DNA from: Phoronis australis | Taxonomy: Eukaryota; Animalia; Phoronida | Reading direction: 5' to 3' | NCBI GenBank assembly: GCA_002633005.1 | Contig: NMRA01000116.1 | Span: 404,474-468,473, forward strand | Length of the DNA: 64,000 nucleotides | Shown: positions 1 to 14,000 of the stretch, one piece after another | Layout of the letters: the number at the start of each line of letters is the position of its first letter | How positions within the stretch are numbered: position 1 is the first letter of the stretch | Translations under genes and position numbers: made by a program | The notes under the pieces: model-generated | Database searches by the model: none | The model's input: the letters and a program-made list of their open reading frames with translations, nothing else | Told to the model about the DNA's origin: nothing

Positions 1-779
1 TGTTTACGGTACACGTGAATTATTCCACAAAACATAATTGAAAAGATATTAACTCACTCCATTCATGCCTTCTCAGCCGCAAAAACTCACCTGTTATAAA
101 ACTATTAAACAATGCTCAACATCAGACTGCAGAATCTGTGCATCTGAATGAATTTCAATCATATAGTTATGCCTGGCTGGCCATTTTTACTGTTAGGTTT
201 TTCTTTGTATTGTGCTTCTTCTCATAGTGTAATACAATGTATAACGTATTCATTCTTTTTTCTTTTTTGTGTTAAACATGTTAAAATTTAGGTTATATTA
301 TTCTTAATCTGTACTTTATTTTAGTTTCTCCCATTATTGCATCGGTAGTTTATATTGTAATACCTAAGTATTTGTCCCTTGTACATGTACACATTTTAAA
401 TAATTATACAATCATTTTTGTTGATACTGAAACAGGTTGGTGTTTCGCTCATGTTGAAATAAACACTTCGTTTATTTTTATCTATACACGTGGTTACATG
501 AATAGATAAAGGTGGCTTTCATGCAAGCGGCTCCTTAGCCTTTTGAAAGTCTCCTTGCCTTGTTTTGATATTTCTAAAATAATCAATAACTATTATACGT
601 ACATAATCTTTAGTACAACCTTGTTGTTTACCTTTGACTACTACGAGTCCCACTCTTGTCACTTTAAGTTGTGCTTAGTAAGTAGGAACAACTAGTATAG
701 ATGCATGACTATTTGTATTATGAATGGCTCAATAAACTATCTATCTATCTATTATACTTTTACCATAAGCAATTTACAA

Positions 780-1540
780 GATCCTGCCAGGACTTGCATT
801 ATACACAAGTGGTGCATAATATCTGAACAGATCCGTTCTGTTATTTAAACTAAAGCTACATGATATTTGAATACTGGTGTAGTATGATCTGGCTGCAGAA
901 CACGGGCATCAGTAAATACTCCCATAATTCCCCCATCACAACCCAATGTAAGCCGATGTTCTGATTGCTATAAGCACTGAATAACTAATTGTCCTGATTC
1001 TTCTGTTAATGAAAAATTTTTGATCTCCAAAAATACAACCCAGCCCTCATGCCCTGGGGACAGCAACAACTATTGCCTTAGACTCACACAATAACCAGAC
1101 AGTGTAGTAAATCATTCCATTCATATTAGAAAAACCATTGTGGTACCTTCCGATCCAATCAGAATGCATGCTGAAAACAATGCACGCAATGCATCTATCG
1201 AAATGCACTGCTGAATAGACTCATTTGAACTGATTGCCTACACACAAACAATCAGAAAATATGAACTGCTGAGTAGATTCCTTTACACTGGTCCCATGCA
1301 CAAGACCAAATAAAAACCGTTTTTACAAATTTCATGAAAATTCATCAGAGGCAAAAGTAAAAAATTGCCACTCAGAGACAGAGCAGTAGTCAGATCAGTT
1401 AGATATTGGTCATCATCTGTTGTCAGTTTCATAGGTACATATCTGACTAAGGGGTTTAGGAGATACAACAGCGGACGCTGGATGCCCAGGTAGAGATTCA
1501 CTACTTGCACGAATTCGCCATTATACTTGAAAACGAGGCA
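780..1540 (-). mobile_element. Possible highly decayed non-LTR retrotransposon (RT C-terminal region)
   Basis: Minus-strand translation gives FKYNGEFVQVVNLYLGI and later LFSACILIGSE, resembling the YKYLG and LF...L.YGSE motifs of LINE ORF2. Many stops; boundaries uncertain. Confidence 0.3.
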
Positions 1541-3007
1541 TTATGTCCCAGCTACAATAGCTCTGCAAGTTTGGAACCCGCATACTTTCACGTTTGCATT
1601 GTTAAAATTGATGCTAAAACAAGGTGTTGTGTCCTAAACAACAATAATTTTTGCAGTGCCACCAAAATGTGCAAGTAGTGAATGAGGGCAATAAACTCAT
1701 GTCTTCCATCAAAACTTTAACAAATGCTGTATGCGTGTCATGAGCGTACCATTTTGATATTGAAATTTGACTTTTTTGTTACACAAGCGAGACAGTAATG
1801 TCTGCAGTAAATGAAGACCACCAGAATGTGTTTCTTCTGTATCTGTAACGGACATGGTATGTGACATATGTCAAAGATGAACAAAATTAACATATGCAAG
1901 ATTTGCCATGCTACAGTCTGATGTTGTAAGTTTTGTTGTAAGCAGAACGCAAACCAAGTTTAAATAGACTGCAAATTTGTTTGAAATACCAGCTTTTGCC
2001 CACATAATTCCTAGCTGTGTTTTGACATTCAGCCATACAAAGGCTACAAGGCTACTAAAGCTAGTTGGCCACCAACTTGCTTCATTCATAACAGGGGTAG
2101 AGCAGCAGGAGTTGTCGGATCAACTTCTTGGTAAGTAGACCCAGGGCATCTTGTAATGCTCTTGGTCACCTGAGCATCCGGACAGCATACCTGCCCCTAC
2201 TGACAAATGAGTGCAATGATTAGAGGCTTGATTACTCATTCGTTTCATTAAGAGTTGGAGGTCAAGTCTCAAGACCTCAAAATTTTAGCTTAGTTGTAAC
2301 CAGACACCAGAGTCTACAATTATGAAGAGATTATTTTAGCTTACCACTCGTACTCCGTGACAGGAATCGCCTGTTGACCTTTGGGCACATGCTCCATCTC
2401 TTCCCTTTCTCAACTATCCCGCAGGAAATCACCACAAGACACCTCACGCACCGTCACCAATCGAGGTCTCGACAGAAGGCCTAGATGATGAAGTATAAAA
2501 CTGCCAGGTTGTGAAGACTGAAGTGAAGACTTGATACCAGGCAGAACGTAATATAATGCCGCCAAGGATATAATGGCGACACTAATGACAGTGCCAACAC
2601 TGTTCACGAGTTGACATGAGCGGTTCCACTTTAAAGCAACAAAGGAGACCCCTTGCAAACAAAGTATACTAGAGCTCCCGCACTGCGTTGTAAACACGAC
2701 ACATCACAGCCACATGAACAACTTTGCTCCGACGCAAATTTAGCAACAAGATGCTCTATTGATTTTCAATGCAACAAAAATTGATGTCAAAAATTGCACC
2801 ATTATTGCTGGCTTATTCAGTAATTTCACATTCACAGCATTATTGTGCCACTGCTGTGATATTTAATAGCTCTTATATCACGAACTATCTTGCTAGCGCA
2901 AGAATCTACCAAAACAGTGATCTTTAGTTTACGTTTTGACAAACAGATGTCGCACTTTCGCGGTACCGTAAAATCCCGCATACAAGCCATGGCTTCAAAG
3001 TTGGGAC

Positions 3008-3043
3008 AACAGACATTACATAGTATAGCATAAGATGTCTATG
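3008..3043. mobile_element. 36-bp miniature inverted-repeat element with 8-bp TSD
   Basis: AACAGACAT...ATGTCTATG flanked by a perfect GTTGGGAC duplication (3000-3007 and 3044-3051); related copy at 32803-32829. Confidence 0.55.
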
Positions 3044-4613
3044 GTTGGGACGTTTTTTTTTCTAAATGTTTCAATTATTTCTCGCAATGAGTCATCAGTT
3101 AAGTTTACAACACGCGATGTATAGCTTATTTCTTATCTTTTCTTTTATTATTAATTCAACTGTAAATTCTGAAATATATACTGAACTGGGAATAAGATAT
3201 ACAAATATTAAGTATTAAAACAAATTAAAACGAATAAATATTAGTTACAAAGTAAATTACCAACAACGTAATAAATGCAGGATTTTTATGGCACGCATTT
3301 TGGCGTGACAAAACGTGCCGATTCGGTGTATTCCTGGTAGCGACGTTTTTGCGCACTTTTCACGCATCATAATTTACACTCTGTTCGCGACAGAAATAGG
3401 TTGTAATGGTACGCTATGACACACCAAAGGTTACATGGGCCTACTGTGCACGTCTCCACCAAGGACAGCGCGTGAACATTGATACCATGGCACGCAATGA
3501 CGCGCGTTATCCACAGTCCTCACGCGTACTTCACGACTTATTTACGGTACCATTAACGTTCGCTTGCCCCGGCTAAATCAATGCAATTTTTTAAACACTT
3601 TAAAACTCTCTCTGCGACATGACATGAACTCCCGCACAGTTCACATACACTTTACTCTCATTCATTAGAAGTTTAATCATACATGTCACCCCAACTGCGC
3701 GCTAGTGTGTGCCTTAAAATCGTGCAGGTGTCTGACTACGTTTTAAAACGGGAGGCACAGGCAAGGTTGTATAGCTGTTTTTACACGGTTAACAGTTGTC
3801 TCGGTGCGAATTGTCACGGTGTGACTTGCTCCATTTAAAGTCGCGTTTACACGACATCATATCGCAAACTGGATCCGCATGAGTCATTTACGCAAAAAGA
3901 CTGTCAGTGCAGCAATAGCCCAGCAACTTCCGAACCATGTGGAATGCCAGCGGATCGCCCGTACGTACGCTATTGTATGCGCAAGCGTATTGAAAGATGA
4001 TCCCTTTCCACACAGCCCCAGTTGTGTTTAGACGTAGTAGTTGACACTGGAGCAACTGATCGAGTGCAACTTGCTCTACCACTCAAACCAGTGTCAAAAA
4101 TGGCAGCCGCGGTGTCAGTTTACTCCGTGTCAGTCGTGTTTACACGAATACATTTGCGCCCGCTCAGCTGTTCCGTGTTAGTTGCTCCGTTACAGCTGTC
4201 TCCCGTGCAAATGCGACTTTTGTTAAGCCCAATAGTGTTCTCATTATAGTTAAATGAACTTATTGAAATGAAAAAATAAGAGAGGAGTGGTACTGAAGTT
4301 TACCTCGCCAATGAAAATGTTATTAATTAATAATATTTATCGACTATGTTACTCTAGTTGGCGGCTCTGTTTTTGAGCTACAGATTCGGATTGGATGTGT
4401 TAACAAATTGTGTTTGTGAAGTGGAATATGTCTTTAAGCATCCAGGTCAAATATAGTAATGTTGTTTTTTAAACAGGTGGAAAATCGAAAAGAGCTCATA
4501 AATGGAATTTTAAAGGGGTCGAGTTAAAAATTTGCAGTTACTATAAATATTTAGGAATTGTATTTTCTAGTAGATTACGTTGGAGAACGTGCTGCAGGAC
4601 ACTCGCACAAAAG

Positions 4614-5200
4614 TATGGTCCCTCAAAGATGACACTGAAATTTTGTCGAAGTTTTTATGAAAAAAAATCACTTTTCTCCGTTTAACAAACTTTTATCCGT
4701 CCAAAAAAAATTTGTCGAGGAAAAACAAGTCTCTGCGGAAAAAAATTTTTTTCCGCCGAAACATATAATTTCTCCGCTAATAAACCTGGGGCCCGTTCCA
4801 ACAAAACTGACTTAGCTAATAGACAAATCTTAAATTTTAGTAAATTTTAAAATAAAAATTATATTTGTCTCAAAACCAATTCAAGAAAGAGGTCTTAAGT
4901 TTGACATAAGTGTATGACCTCACTTTTGTCTTAATTTTGACAAACTTTCCAAATGTGGAACTTAAGACAAATCTTAGACTTAAGTCAAAAATGAATTTAA
5001 GTAAGTTTCTTGGAACAGGCTCCAGTTCTCCACGGAACAAAACATTTCTTAGCGGAAAAAACTTTTCTTCGCTGACGGTGACTTTTTTACGTGGAAAAAA
5101 ATTTCTCCACGGAAAATATCCGTGGAGGAAAGCGACTTTTTCTTAAGAACTTCGAAAAAGTTAAATAATTTTTTGTTGTTGTCATCTTTGGGCCACCGTA
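4614..5200. mobile_element. MITE with about 21-bp imperfect TIRs
   Basis: Left TATGGTCCCTCAAAGATGACA versus right TGTCATCTTTGGGCCACCGTA; internal CGGAAAAA/TTTCTCCG subrepeats. Confidence 0.65.
4789..5022. mobile_element. PIF/Harbinger-like MITE nested in the previous MITE
   Basis: GGGCCCGTTCCA...TGGAACAGGCTC termini with CTG and CAG (CWG) flanks. Confidence 0.55.
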
Positions 5201-6070
5201 CAGGAGGCAAGCAAAGCAATGAATATGGTGAAACATTTCCTGTGTCAAAAGGGACCTAACAGAAACGCATTGTTACCCTTTAAATTGTTTGACACAAGAT
5301 AACACCCATTTTATTTTATGGAGAACTAGACACAGAGTAGAAATTGTAAATGTTCAAACAAAATTTTTGTAAGTGATTATTATCTACTGATTATAAGACG
5401 AGCAATGTCTCTGCAAAGGGATAGTGAGGCCGTCATTATTTATTTGTCTTTTAGGCCTGTGTAGCTTTTAAACATATTGAAAATACAAACTGGTAGATTT
5501 TGGAATTGCATGGTCAAAGCAATTGGTGTACCTGTATCAAAAATTCATTAGAAACTTGACCAGTACCTCGCGTGTATTTCGCCAATAGATTTGTACAGAC
5601 TGATCGCAGTAGACAGAATCCTTCGATATCACGAACATTAATCTATATTCCTTTGTGTAGAGCACGGCAGTTATCAATCTGTTTGACTTCTGAAATCGAA
5701 TTCCTCTTGAAAAGCTATGTTGTTGAATCGTTTTCCGAAGAAATACGATACATATTAGACAAAAACGATGTCAGTCGTTTCTCTTTTGTTGACTGAATTA
5801 CGTATCCGGGTATATAATTGTTTTATGACTCGTGAGCTCACGAGAATCAGACTCCACAATAGACGAGGTTGTCGAGTCGGTGAGTGTTCTCGGAACCCGA
5901 AGCGCTTGTTCTGCTGGAGGCAGGTAAACGGCTGCAAAGTGAAGTATGAAAAGTACGGCAACTGATTTTAGACATCAAAAAGTAAATAAAAACAATCGTC
6001 TGTGGGCCAAAATAAAAGACATGATTTGCCAAATGGCCAATCTCCTACTCCGACACGATGAGTATAGTAA

Positions 6071-6376
6071 AATAATTGCAGGCTGGTACACTTGTATGTC
6101 TATATACCAGACGTGCCAAGGCCCGTGTGGGCCCACTGCGCTGCGGATCACCTGGAACCATTTTTGTGCTTCATGTATATAGTTAATATATAGTTAAAAC
6201 CGGAGCTGTGGAGCTAGATACCGGACTCAAGAATCTAGCAGTGTGTCCCACTGGGACTCGAACCCACGACGTCGAGTAAAGAAAGCGGGCACCCATCACA
6301 CAAGTAGGTCACACTGGCTGCCTCCTCAATATAGCCTAAGTAGGCTACCGCATTGACTCATAAGTTCGGGCCGGAC
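6071..6376 (-). mobile_element. tRNA-derived SINE
   Basis: Minus-strand B box GTGGGTTCGAGTCCC (6253-6267) and an A-box-like AGTCAATGCGGTAG; the body is shared with 12471-12652. Confidence 0.7.
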
Positions 6377-8077
6377 CACTGCATAACCGACACGACTTCA
6401 CCCCCGAGCCAAAACTGCTTCATTTGGAGTCGTAACTGAAATGAGTTGGTATTTGTTTTTTTAGCATAAAACAGCCGACTGAAGATGTCGCGATACTACA
6501 TGCACAGTCATATTTTCGTATGCGCATGGGTGGTTCTGCGTTTCTTTTTCCATTCGTACTTTTCATTTAATATTTAAAATGATACTAAACCCTGTTTTGG
6601 TGATTTCAACCAAACCTCGTTACCTACTGATGCCCTACCTGGCGTCCCACTTGAGTATTGACAGCAGGGTTCAAGTAAAAATTCATGCTCTTGCGTCACA
6701 GATTGGATATATTACGGATCTAATTTGTGGTGGGTTATTCCCTACAGCCGTTTTGAATATTGCCTAAAGCGTAGGTCACGCTTACCCCTTCAGCAGACTT
6801 TGCAAGGAGTATTCAAATTTTGCTCCAAACTTTTGAGGGTTGTCAAGGGTTACAGAGCATATTTCGTTTCAGAGCGATGATAAACTACAGGAATAACAGC
6901 TAACAGCTAGCCCAGTTCTGTGTCCCGCTTCATGAAAGAATGCAAATATTAATTTAATGCTTCCATATTTGCAAAGGATGAATAAAACCAGTACATTACA
7001 TAAACATAAGTATAATAGACGAGATTTCTGCCTAGACGACCGGGAATTGACACAATATCCGGGCAACAGATTTATTTATACCTGCATGTATACACATGTT
7101 CACGTGCACAATTACACAAATAAATATAAATAAACAAGTAATTAATCGTCATTGAAATAAAGCATAAGCACTAGCGGTCGAGGAAATTTGGTACATGAAG
7201 ATACGATAATGATAAAATGAGTTACCATGAAGTGGTAAATTACAATGAAAAAAATGACAAAATAAGTGATTGATTGGCATTATTAGATAAGTGAAGAACC
7301 AAATATTATTAAATCAATCTGCCGAGGAATTTTAGTCGATGGTTGTTCTTTATATCGCCGACAACCCCGAAATTTGCGCGGAAAAAGCAAACCGCCGGCG
7401 GCAGACGACCATGAATTGATACAATCAAAAATATAAACACATTACGTGCGTGGAATCACAGTTGCGCAAAGGAAAAATGCCGAGAAATTTGAAGTCTGTG
7501 TCTACAACATGCACTCTTTAGGAAACGTTTGTGAAACGCGATTCGAAAACTGCAGTTTCAGCATGTTTTTGAACAGTTACACTGTTGGGACCTGAGTCTA
7601 CTACACTTTGGAAACAATTGGAAACTTTTTTCAGAAACATGTTTTACGAATATTTTTGGATTGGACCAATCAGAAGTGAACCTTGTGTCATATAGCAGTG
7701 AAAACAAGTACAAAATGGCAGCCTACCAGAGTTGTCCAGATTTCCAGTGGAACCTAAGACTCAAATGATCAGACAGCTAATAAATATGTGGGTACAATGT
7801 CATTGCTCATAATGTTGTATGCAACAACTTTATGAAGTGCGCGAAAACAAAATCACAAGGAAACAAGCAACAGAAAAAATTGCAGAAAATTTCTTTTTTC
7901 TCGGCAGCACCAGCAATGCACAGCCTCCAGTTCATGTTCAACTCCATGCTATTGCGTAACAGGGATAACCACCATCTTATTCTATCTCATTGCAGGCCCT
8001 TTTAGCATTTCCGAGTACCATTACATGTAACTGAAACGGAGTCTTTTGCCTGTGAAGCATATCAAGATTAAAAAACA

Positions 8078-11000
8078 CTACAACATTCCCAGCATCTTCA
8101 TCAACATTCTTTGAACATATTCAAACAGACATGTGTTTTCCTTAGAGTTAATAATGTCCAGAAAGCACTTCTCCCTCGTTGTCACAGGCATTTCACTACA
8201 GATTATAAATGATAAGCACTTTTCCACAAGATTATCACAGTTACACCTGACGGCACACTCCAACAGTTGTGTTACCGTTTCTTCATCTAGTAACAGCTCC
8301 GCTATCCTCTCACTCACTTCCTGTTGGAGGTCAGACAGCAAAAATCGATCAGTTAGTAACAAAATCTCGAGACAGACATCAAAATCAGGTTTTGATAAGA
8401 AAATTCCTTGGTAATCTGAATGTCTGCACTTATTCAAAGCACAGCCATGTAACCAGTGTAAGATGAATTTGAAAGCTGTGCTAGACACATTAGTTAGTTT
8501 AATACAAGACTGTTGGGATTCACTATAATGTCCTTCCAACATGGCTGAGAACAAGCTCGATCTACGCACCAACGAATTTCTCTTGGCAGATACTCTACAC
8601 CCACTATCTAAAACAAAGGTGACATCATGACCTGCTATCTTGCCCTCGTGGTGACAATATCTCTCACCAGATGTCACCTCAGCCAACTCCGTGTCTTCAC
8701 TATTCTCTACCGAAACCCTTCTTCTTTTGCTTACGCAAGGCTCATCATCAACTCGTACTCTTTTCACAGGTGAGCCATCATTCCTTTTCATGCTACGCAA
8801 TAAACTGACGGTACTGTAGTTAAATTGAATTGCTGGACGACGCTCGTTTAGTCTTTTCACCTTGAAACCAGTGGGCGCTCTGACCCTGAGACTTAAATAG
8901 TGCAGGGCTTGTACCGTCTCCCTGAAATAGTTGCCGTTTTGCTGTAAATTCTCCAGCAAAATGTTCAAGACTTTGTAATTAGACATCAGCTTTTTGCGTG
9001 GTTCCGGATCCCTGTAAAAATAACATTTCTTTCAGACATACCAGAGAGAAAACAGTGAGCACGACATTTCACTAGTCAGCAGCAAACACTACAGAACTTA
9101 GACCAGGAAAAGATTTGCATCACAATAGCACCTTGGATTTTGTCAGCATCAACTAACCAGGCATTGGAGCATTTGTCAAGTGGTGCATCTGTCACATACA
9201 CTAGAAAATCCACAAGCGATCACTAGGTAACTCAATGATGAGGCAAAACTGATCATAGTTAGAATCAGCATTCCTTGCAAAAGGTTTGTTGATGTGTGGC
9301 TACTTGAAGAGAATAGGAAGTGGGAAAAGGCTGCATCAGTTTTTCACTGGACTAGTTTCTTATGAACAAGCTGTGGATGGCAAAGAATAAAGCGAGTAGA
9401 CCACAGTCATTCAACAGCACACGTACATACTAACAAGAGCGACATGAACTGTTGATAAGCGCCCACAATGCATTGCAAACAGTATGTTTCTAGGGGTGCT
9501 TACCAGTATCATGTAAGGTATAAGGAGCCCAATATTATCTGGAAATGACCTTCCTCCAAGAAACACTGAAAAGCCTCTCCCTTGGCAGATTGAAAAGTGG
9601 TACCCACCGCCTAGTGATGCCCTACACCCTTGTGCCAAATTTCATCAAAGTCCGCTCAGAGTGTCTTGAGATAACATACAGACACCAGAACAGGATGATG
9701 ACAACATGAGACCACATATATATACGTGGTCACACAAAAACTTAACAGTACTAGAACGTTAACAATTACTCCATCTTACCTTGCACACACAAAACACAGG
9801 GATATAGACATGGCCAGTCTCTCCATGGGAGCTCCTTTCAAAAGCTTGCTGACCACTACACCATGTCCATACGATGTCAATGCCTGCATGGTCAGCTTGA
9901 ACAACAGAGCCTCTCCCTTCAGCTGATAATCATGCCAATTAATTTTAGAAGACTTAGCTGTCCCACACTCTTTAGAACCACTTAGGGTTGTACTTTCCTT
10001 GGTACAAAAGGCATGATCATTTGAATAACATACGAACAGCTTCTGATAAATGGTGCAAGGTGCCACGGATGTGAGAAGCGACTCAAGGCAGTGGGGATTA
10101 GTGCATATCCTACTCAAGACACGGTACCAGCGAGCACTGTCTGACTGGCAGCAACAGCGGACACCGTAGTCAAGCAATGTGTCCAGCAGCTGGTGAGTCA
10201 CAGACCTGGGTAAAAATGGACTGGGATCATCCATGTGGGAAATCAGAGACAGTAACGTGAGAACATTGCTCTCCATTGAATCTGTGTCAGAGACAGTGTG
10301 ATATTTCACGCATGAGTTGTCATGGCTACCAGTGCTGGTCATCACTTGATCTCTTTTCCTCCTAATTGGTGTAACACGTTCTTCAACTTCAATTTCATTA
10401 CAAAAGTCATCATCCTCACCACCCTGGTCTGTAGTCTTACTTGTAGTACTTAGTTGACAAGACTCTAAATCCTCAATATTTTTTGAAGAACGTGCCTCGT
10501 CTTTCAATGCTGCAGAATCAACAAACAGGTTTCCCGAACTTTGATCCTTATCACCCCTATTCAGCTTAGACTTGTCCACTTCAAGCTCTTCAAGACAAGC
10601 ACCAATCATAGCCTCACTGACAGTTGGCTCATCCCATGGCTGCTGTGAAGGGGTGCCAAAATTACCATGTGTATCATTGTCCTCTTCTGCAGATGAATAC
10701 TCTACATCAGGACTAGGCCCTTCACCTTTCCCCCAACAATACATTTTATTGCCTGGACTGAAGCCCATACTAGAGCTAGACGCTGGAGACCTACTAGGAC
10801 TGGAAGTTAGAAACTGACATGGGCTAACGGCTTCAGGTGAGTGTACTGGTGAATAATACGATATACAGCTTTCTGGGCTTACACCTGCATACATGGCTGA
10901 GTGGGACTGTGGGCAGAAGGTCTGCTTGCACTTTACACCTGACGAGTACTCCTCAAAGCTCCAATCGGACAATGTGGCGACATATGTCGGACTATGAATA

Positions 11001-14000
11001 CTATATCGGGTACTCTTTCTGCCAGATCCTTCCTCAGTAATAACTTCTGGACCAGACTTGTAGTCAACGTTCTGGTCAACGCTCACTGCATCCACTCTCT
11101 GCTCCTGCCTGTCATTATTGTGAGACACAACATTAACATTTGTATCGGTTTGTCCTTCCTCACAATCCAGATTACCACCCGTACCTCTACTCACAGAGAC
11201 CATGACCTGTGGGCTGCTCCTGCCAACTGGCAATTCATTGACATCATCTGTAGATTTCAAATCCTTCAAAACAATGCTGTCCACAGCTGTTGACTCTGGC
11301 GTATCACTGACAGACACACACAGCATGTGTGGGCTCTTCAACCTTTTACTCTCATCTACACAGTCACTGTTAAGCTCTGAAAATTTCTCACTTTCACTGT
11401 AGTCTTCACTCATATCCTTCTCATTAAGTTCCTCGCCTTCGACTACTGGCTGATCATCCTTTAATAGTGACGTTTCATCACTATCAATAACCTTCCTCAG
11501 CTGCGTCAGCAATGTGCCAACAAGCCCCTCCTTCAATAAGAGATGAATGCTAGGAGAATCATATAAAAAGCAAACAAATGAACCAACAATCCTCTCATGG
11601 ACAACAGTGAAATCCTCATCATTCAATAAATCCATCAGAAGCTTAAGGCCACCTTCTTCCCGAATGCGAACACGATTCACAGATTCACGGCACATTAAAC
11701 ACAAAGCGTGCACTGCATTGACCAAGTTTTGTGACTGAGGGTCTCTGTTAACCTGTATCATATGCATGAAGAGAGTTATGATGCCTGCGTTTCCAAGTGA
11801 AGGTCGGACATCAGAATGGACCACAAGGGTGTAGATAATCGACAGTGAATCTCGACTTCTGACTTGATCACGTGATTTTGCTTTGTCCACTACGACAGAA
11901 AGACATCCACTGGCTGCCAATTGCTTGGAGAATTCCAAACTCAGCTTCCTGAAACAATTAGGAATGATAATTAAGGTTAAAGCCAGAAACGGGTTAAAGC
12001 CAGAAACGATATTTTTGAAAAATGAAAACCACACAGTCCTTCATTTTAAACTCGCAATGACACAATCATTTCACAATGAAACAAATTTATGAAATTGAGT
12101 TTAAAAAAAGGTTGCCTTCACAGTCCAAAATGCAAAAAAAATGTCCAGAGGAAGTATAAAATCTATTACTTCAACAAATAAATGTAGAGCCTCCACTACG
12201 CCACCTAGTGGTTAGATGTCACAATAACAAAGTGCATTGATCTAGCCTGTAGCGAACAATAAATAAAGTAATTTTTAACTGAAACACACATGAAATTCCG
12301 GGCACTCAACCAAGAAAGCTCGATCCAATTCCTTACATGCCAAACAAATTGATTAAAATAAACACAATACGTTCAGAAAATGACCATTTAATTTCCACAT
12401 CCTAGATTTAACACTTTTCTTTTGCTGAAGTAGAAGAATACACATTGACCTAGTTTTCAAACGGTAAAAAAATAATTGCAGGCGGTCTGCTACACGATGT
12501 ACAAGATGGGCGCAGACTGCTCAGGTGGGCTCATTGCACAGATCACCTGAAACCATTTTTATGCTTTATTAAAAAATAGTTAAAACCGAGCTGAGGAGCT
12601 AGAGACCTGACTCAAGGGTCTAGAAATGTTACCCAGTGGGATTCAAACCACTTCCTTGAGTAAATTACAAACTCGACCTGTGTTAGTTAAACACAATCCT
12701 TACTTAAGCAAAATAATAACAAACAAGAAGTCTAGTGGTTAACCCTAATTAAGACTTGTTCCACTAGGTGACCTTGTTGTGTACACACACATTGCAGCAA
12801 ACCTACTTTGTGTTATAGTGCACCAGTGTCTTCCAGCAGCCCTCCAAAACCTTGCTGTGCTCAGACACCAATAGTTTACCAGCGGCAGTGATGGCCTCTG
12901 TCTTCAGAACAAGCTGTTGATGCTTGACTGTGTCACCTAGTATTCTGAAATCAAAAAATAAACCAAAATTATTTAGTACTTCAATAACAAAGTTTCCATG
13001 CAAAACTAGTTGTGCACAATAGTAGACCTAAAGCCTACCTATTTTAGATGTATTGGGCTAACTAGATAGTCCAAGCAAAGCCTAAGCAAAATAAGAAAAC
13101 GCAAGTTTAATAACTCAAAAGTAGGCCTGTCAAAAGATAGGTGAATTTACCTTTTCATGTCATATTGCATCATGCCAGAACCCAGCACAATCAACAAAAG
13201 ACCGATAGCAGTTATATTCAATAGGCATCTGAATAGAACATCATTGTGTGCTGGTACTGTTCGCAGCTGTTGGAATTAAAGGCGATTCTCGCAGCAGTGT
13301 AGCCAATAAGTCTGACATTTGGCAGCTTATGGCACTGGTAGGCTCATTAGTAAGCTTTTCAAGTAAATCTGGCCAAACATCTACTCAAGTTTAAGATTTA
13401 TATCGGTGAAACACTATAATTTCTTAAAATAGAAAGTGTATAGAATTTAATTTTAGACTGGGAAAAAATTGTCCTTTAGGGTTCTTTCATAAAACAGCAT
13501 ACAGACCCCGAATTTTGAAAAAACCATATGCAAACGTGAAACAGTTTAACTTAGAAATAATTTGTAATAGCAGTTAAGAGAGCACATCATAAATTCATAA
13601 TTTCATCAGAATCTGATCAGTGACTTTTGAGATACGATATTCTGCAGTTAGTCAAATTTTGACATTTTTTAGGTTAATTCGTTACCTTTGGCAAAAGCTT
13701 TCGCATAGTTTTACCATAAATGTTGTTGTTGGACAAAATTCACAAATATCCATTTGAGCATTTCATTCATTTGATTATTCATGGCGTGATGCCTCGCCTG
13801 TGGGGTGAGTTTCCTGATTTCGGTGATCAGGCACTCAGGTTACAGCCGTGTCGCTATCAGTTTGACAGCGATAGCAAACGGAGAAAGTTGGCACACCAAT
13901 GTTTACATAGTCCATCTCTCTCATTGTCTGCGTTCATCTGATGAGCTAAAGTAAACCAGCAATTACGTTGTAAACAGCAAGCCTGGCTCTAACCGATATT

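Larger units (their letters stand above)
4330..5330 (+). mobile_element. Decayed LINE reverse-transcriptase fragment interrupted by nested MITEs
   Basis: Translates as KWNFKGVELKICSYYKYLGIVFSSRLRW...TLAQK, then resumes after 5200 as QEASKAMNMVK and, across frameshifts, LFDT..TPILFYGE. Confidence 0.65.

Noticed and set aside
6240-6376. tRNA gene
   Set aside because: It has a B box but no cloverleaf, and it is attached to a body repeated at 12471, so it is a SINE head.
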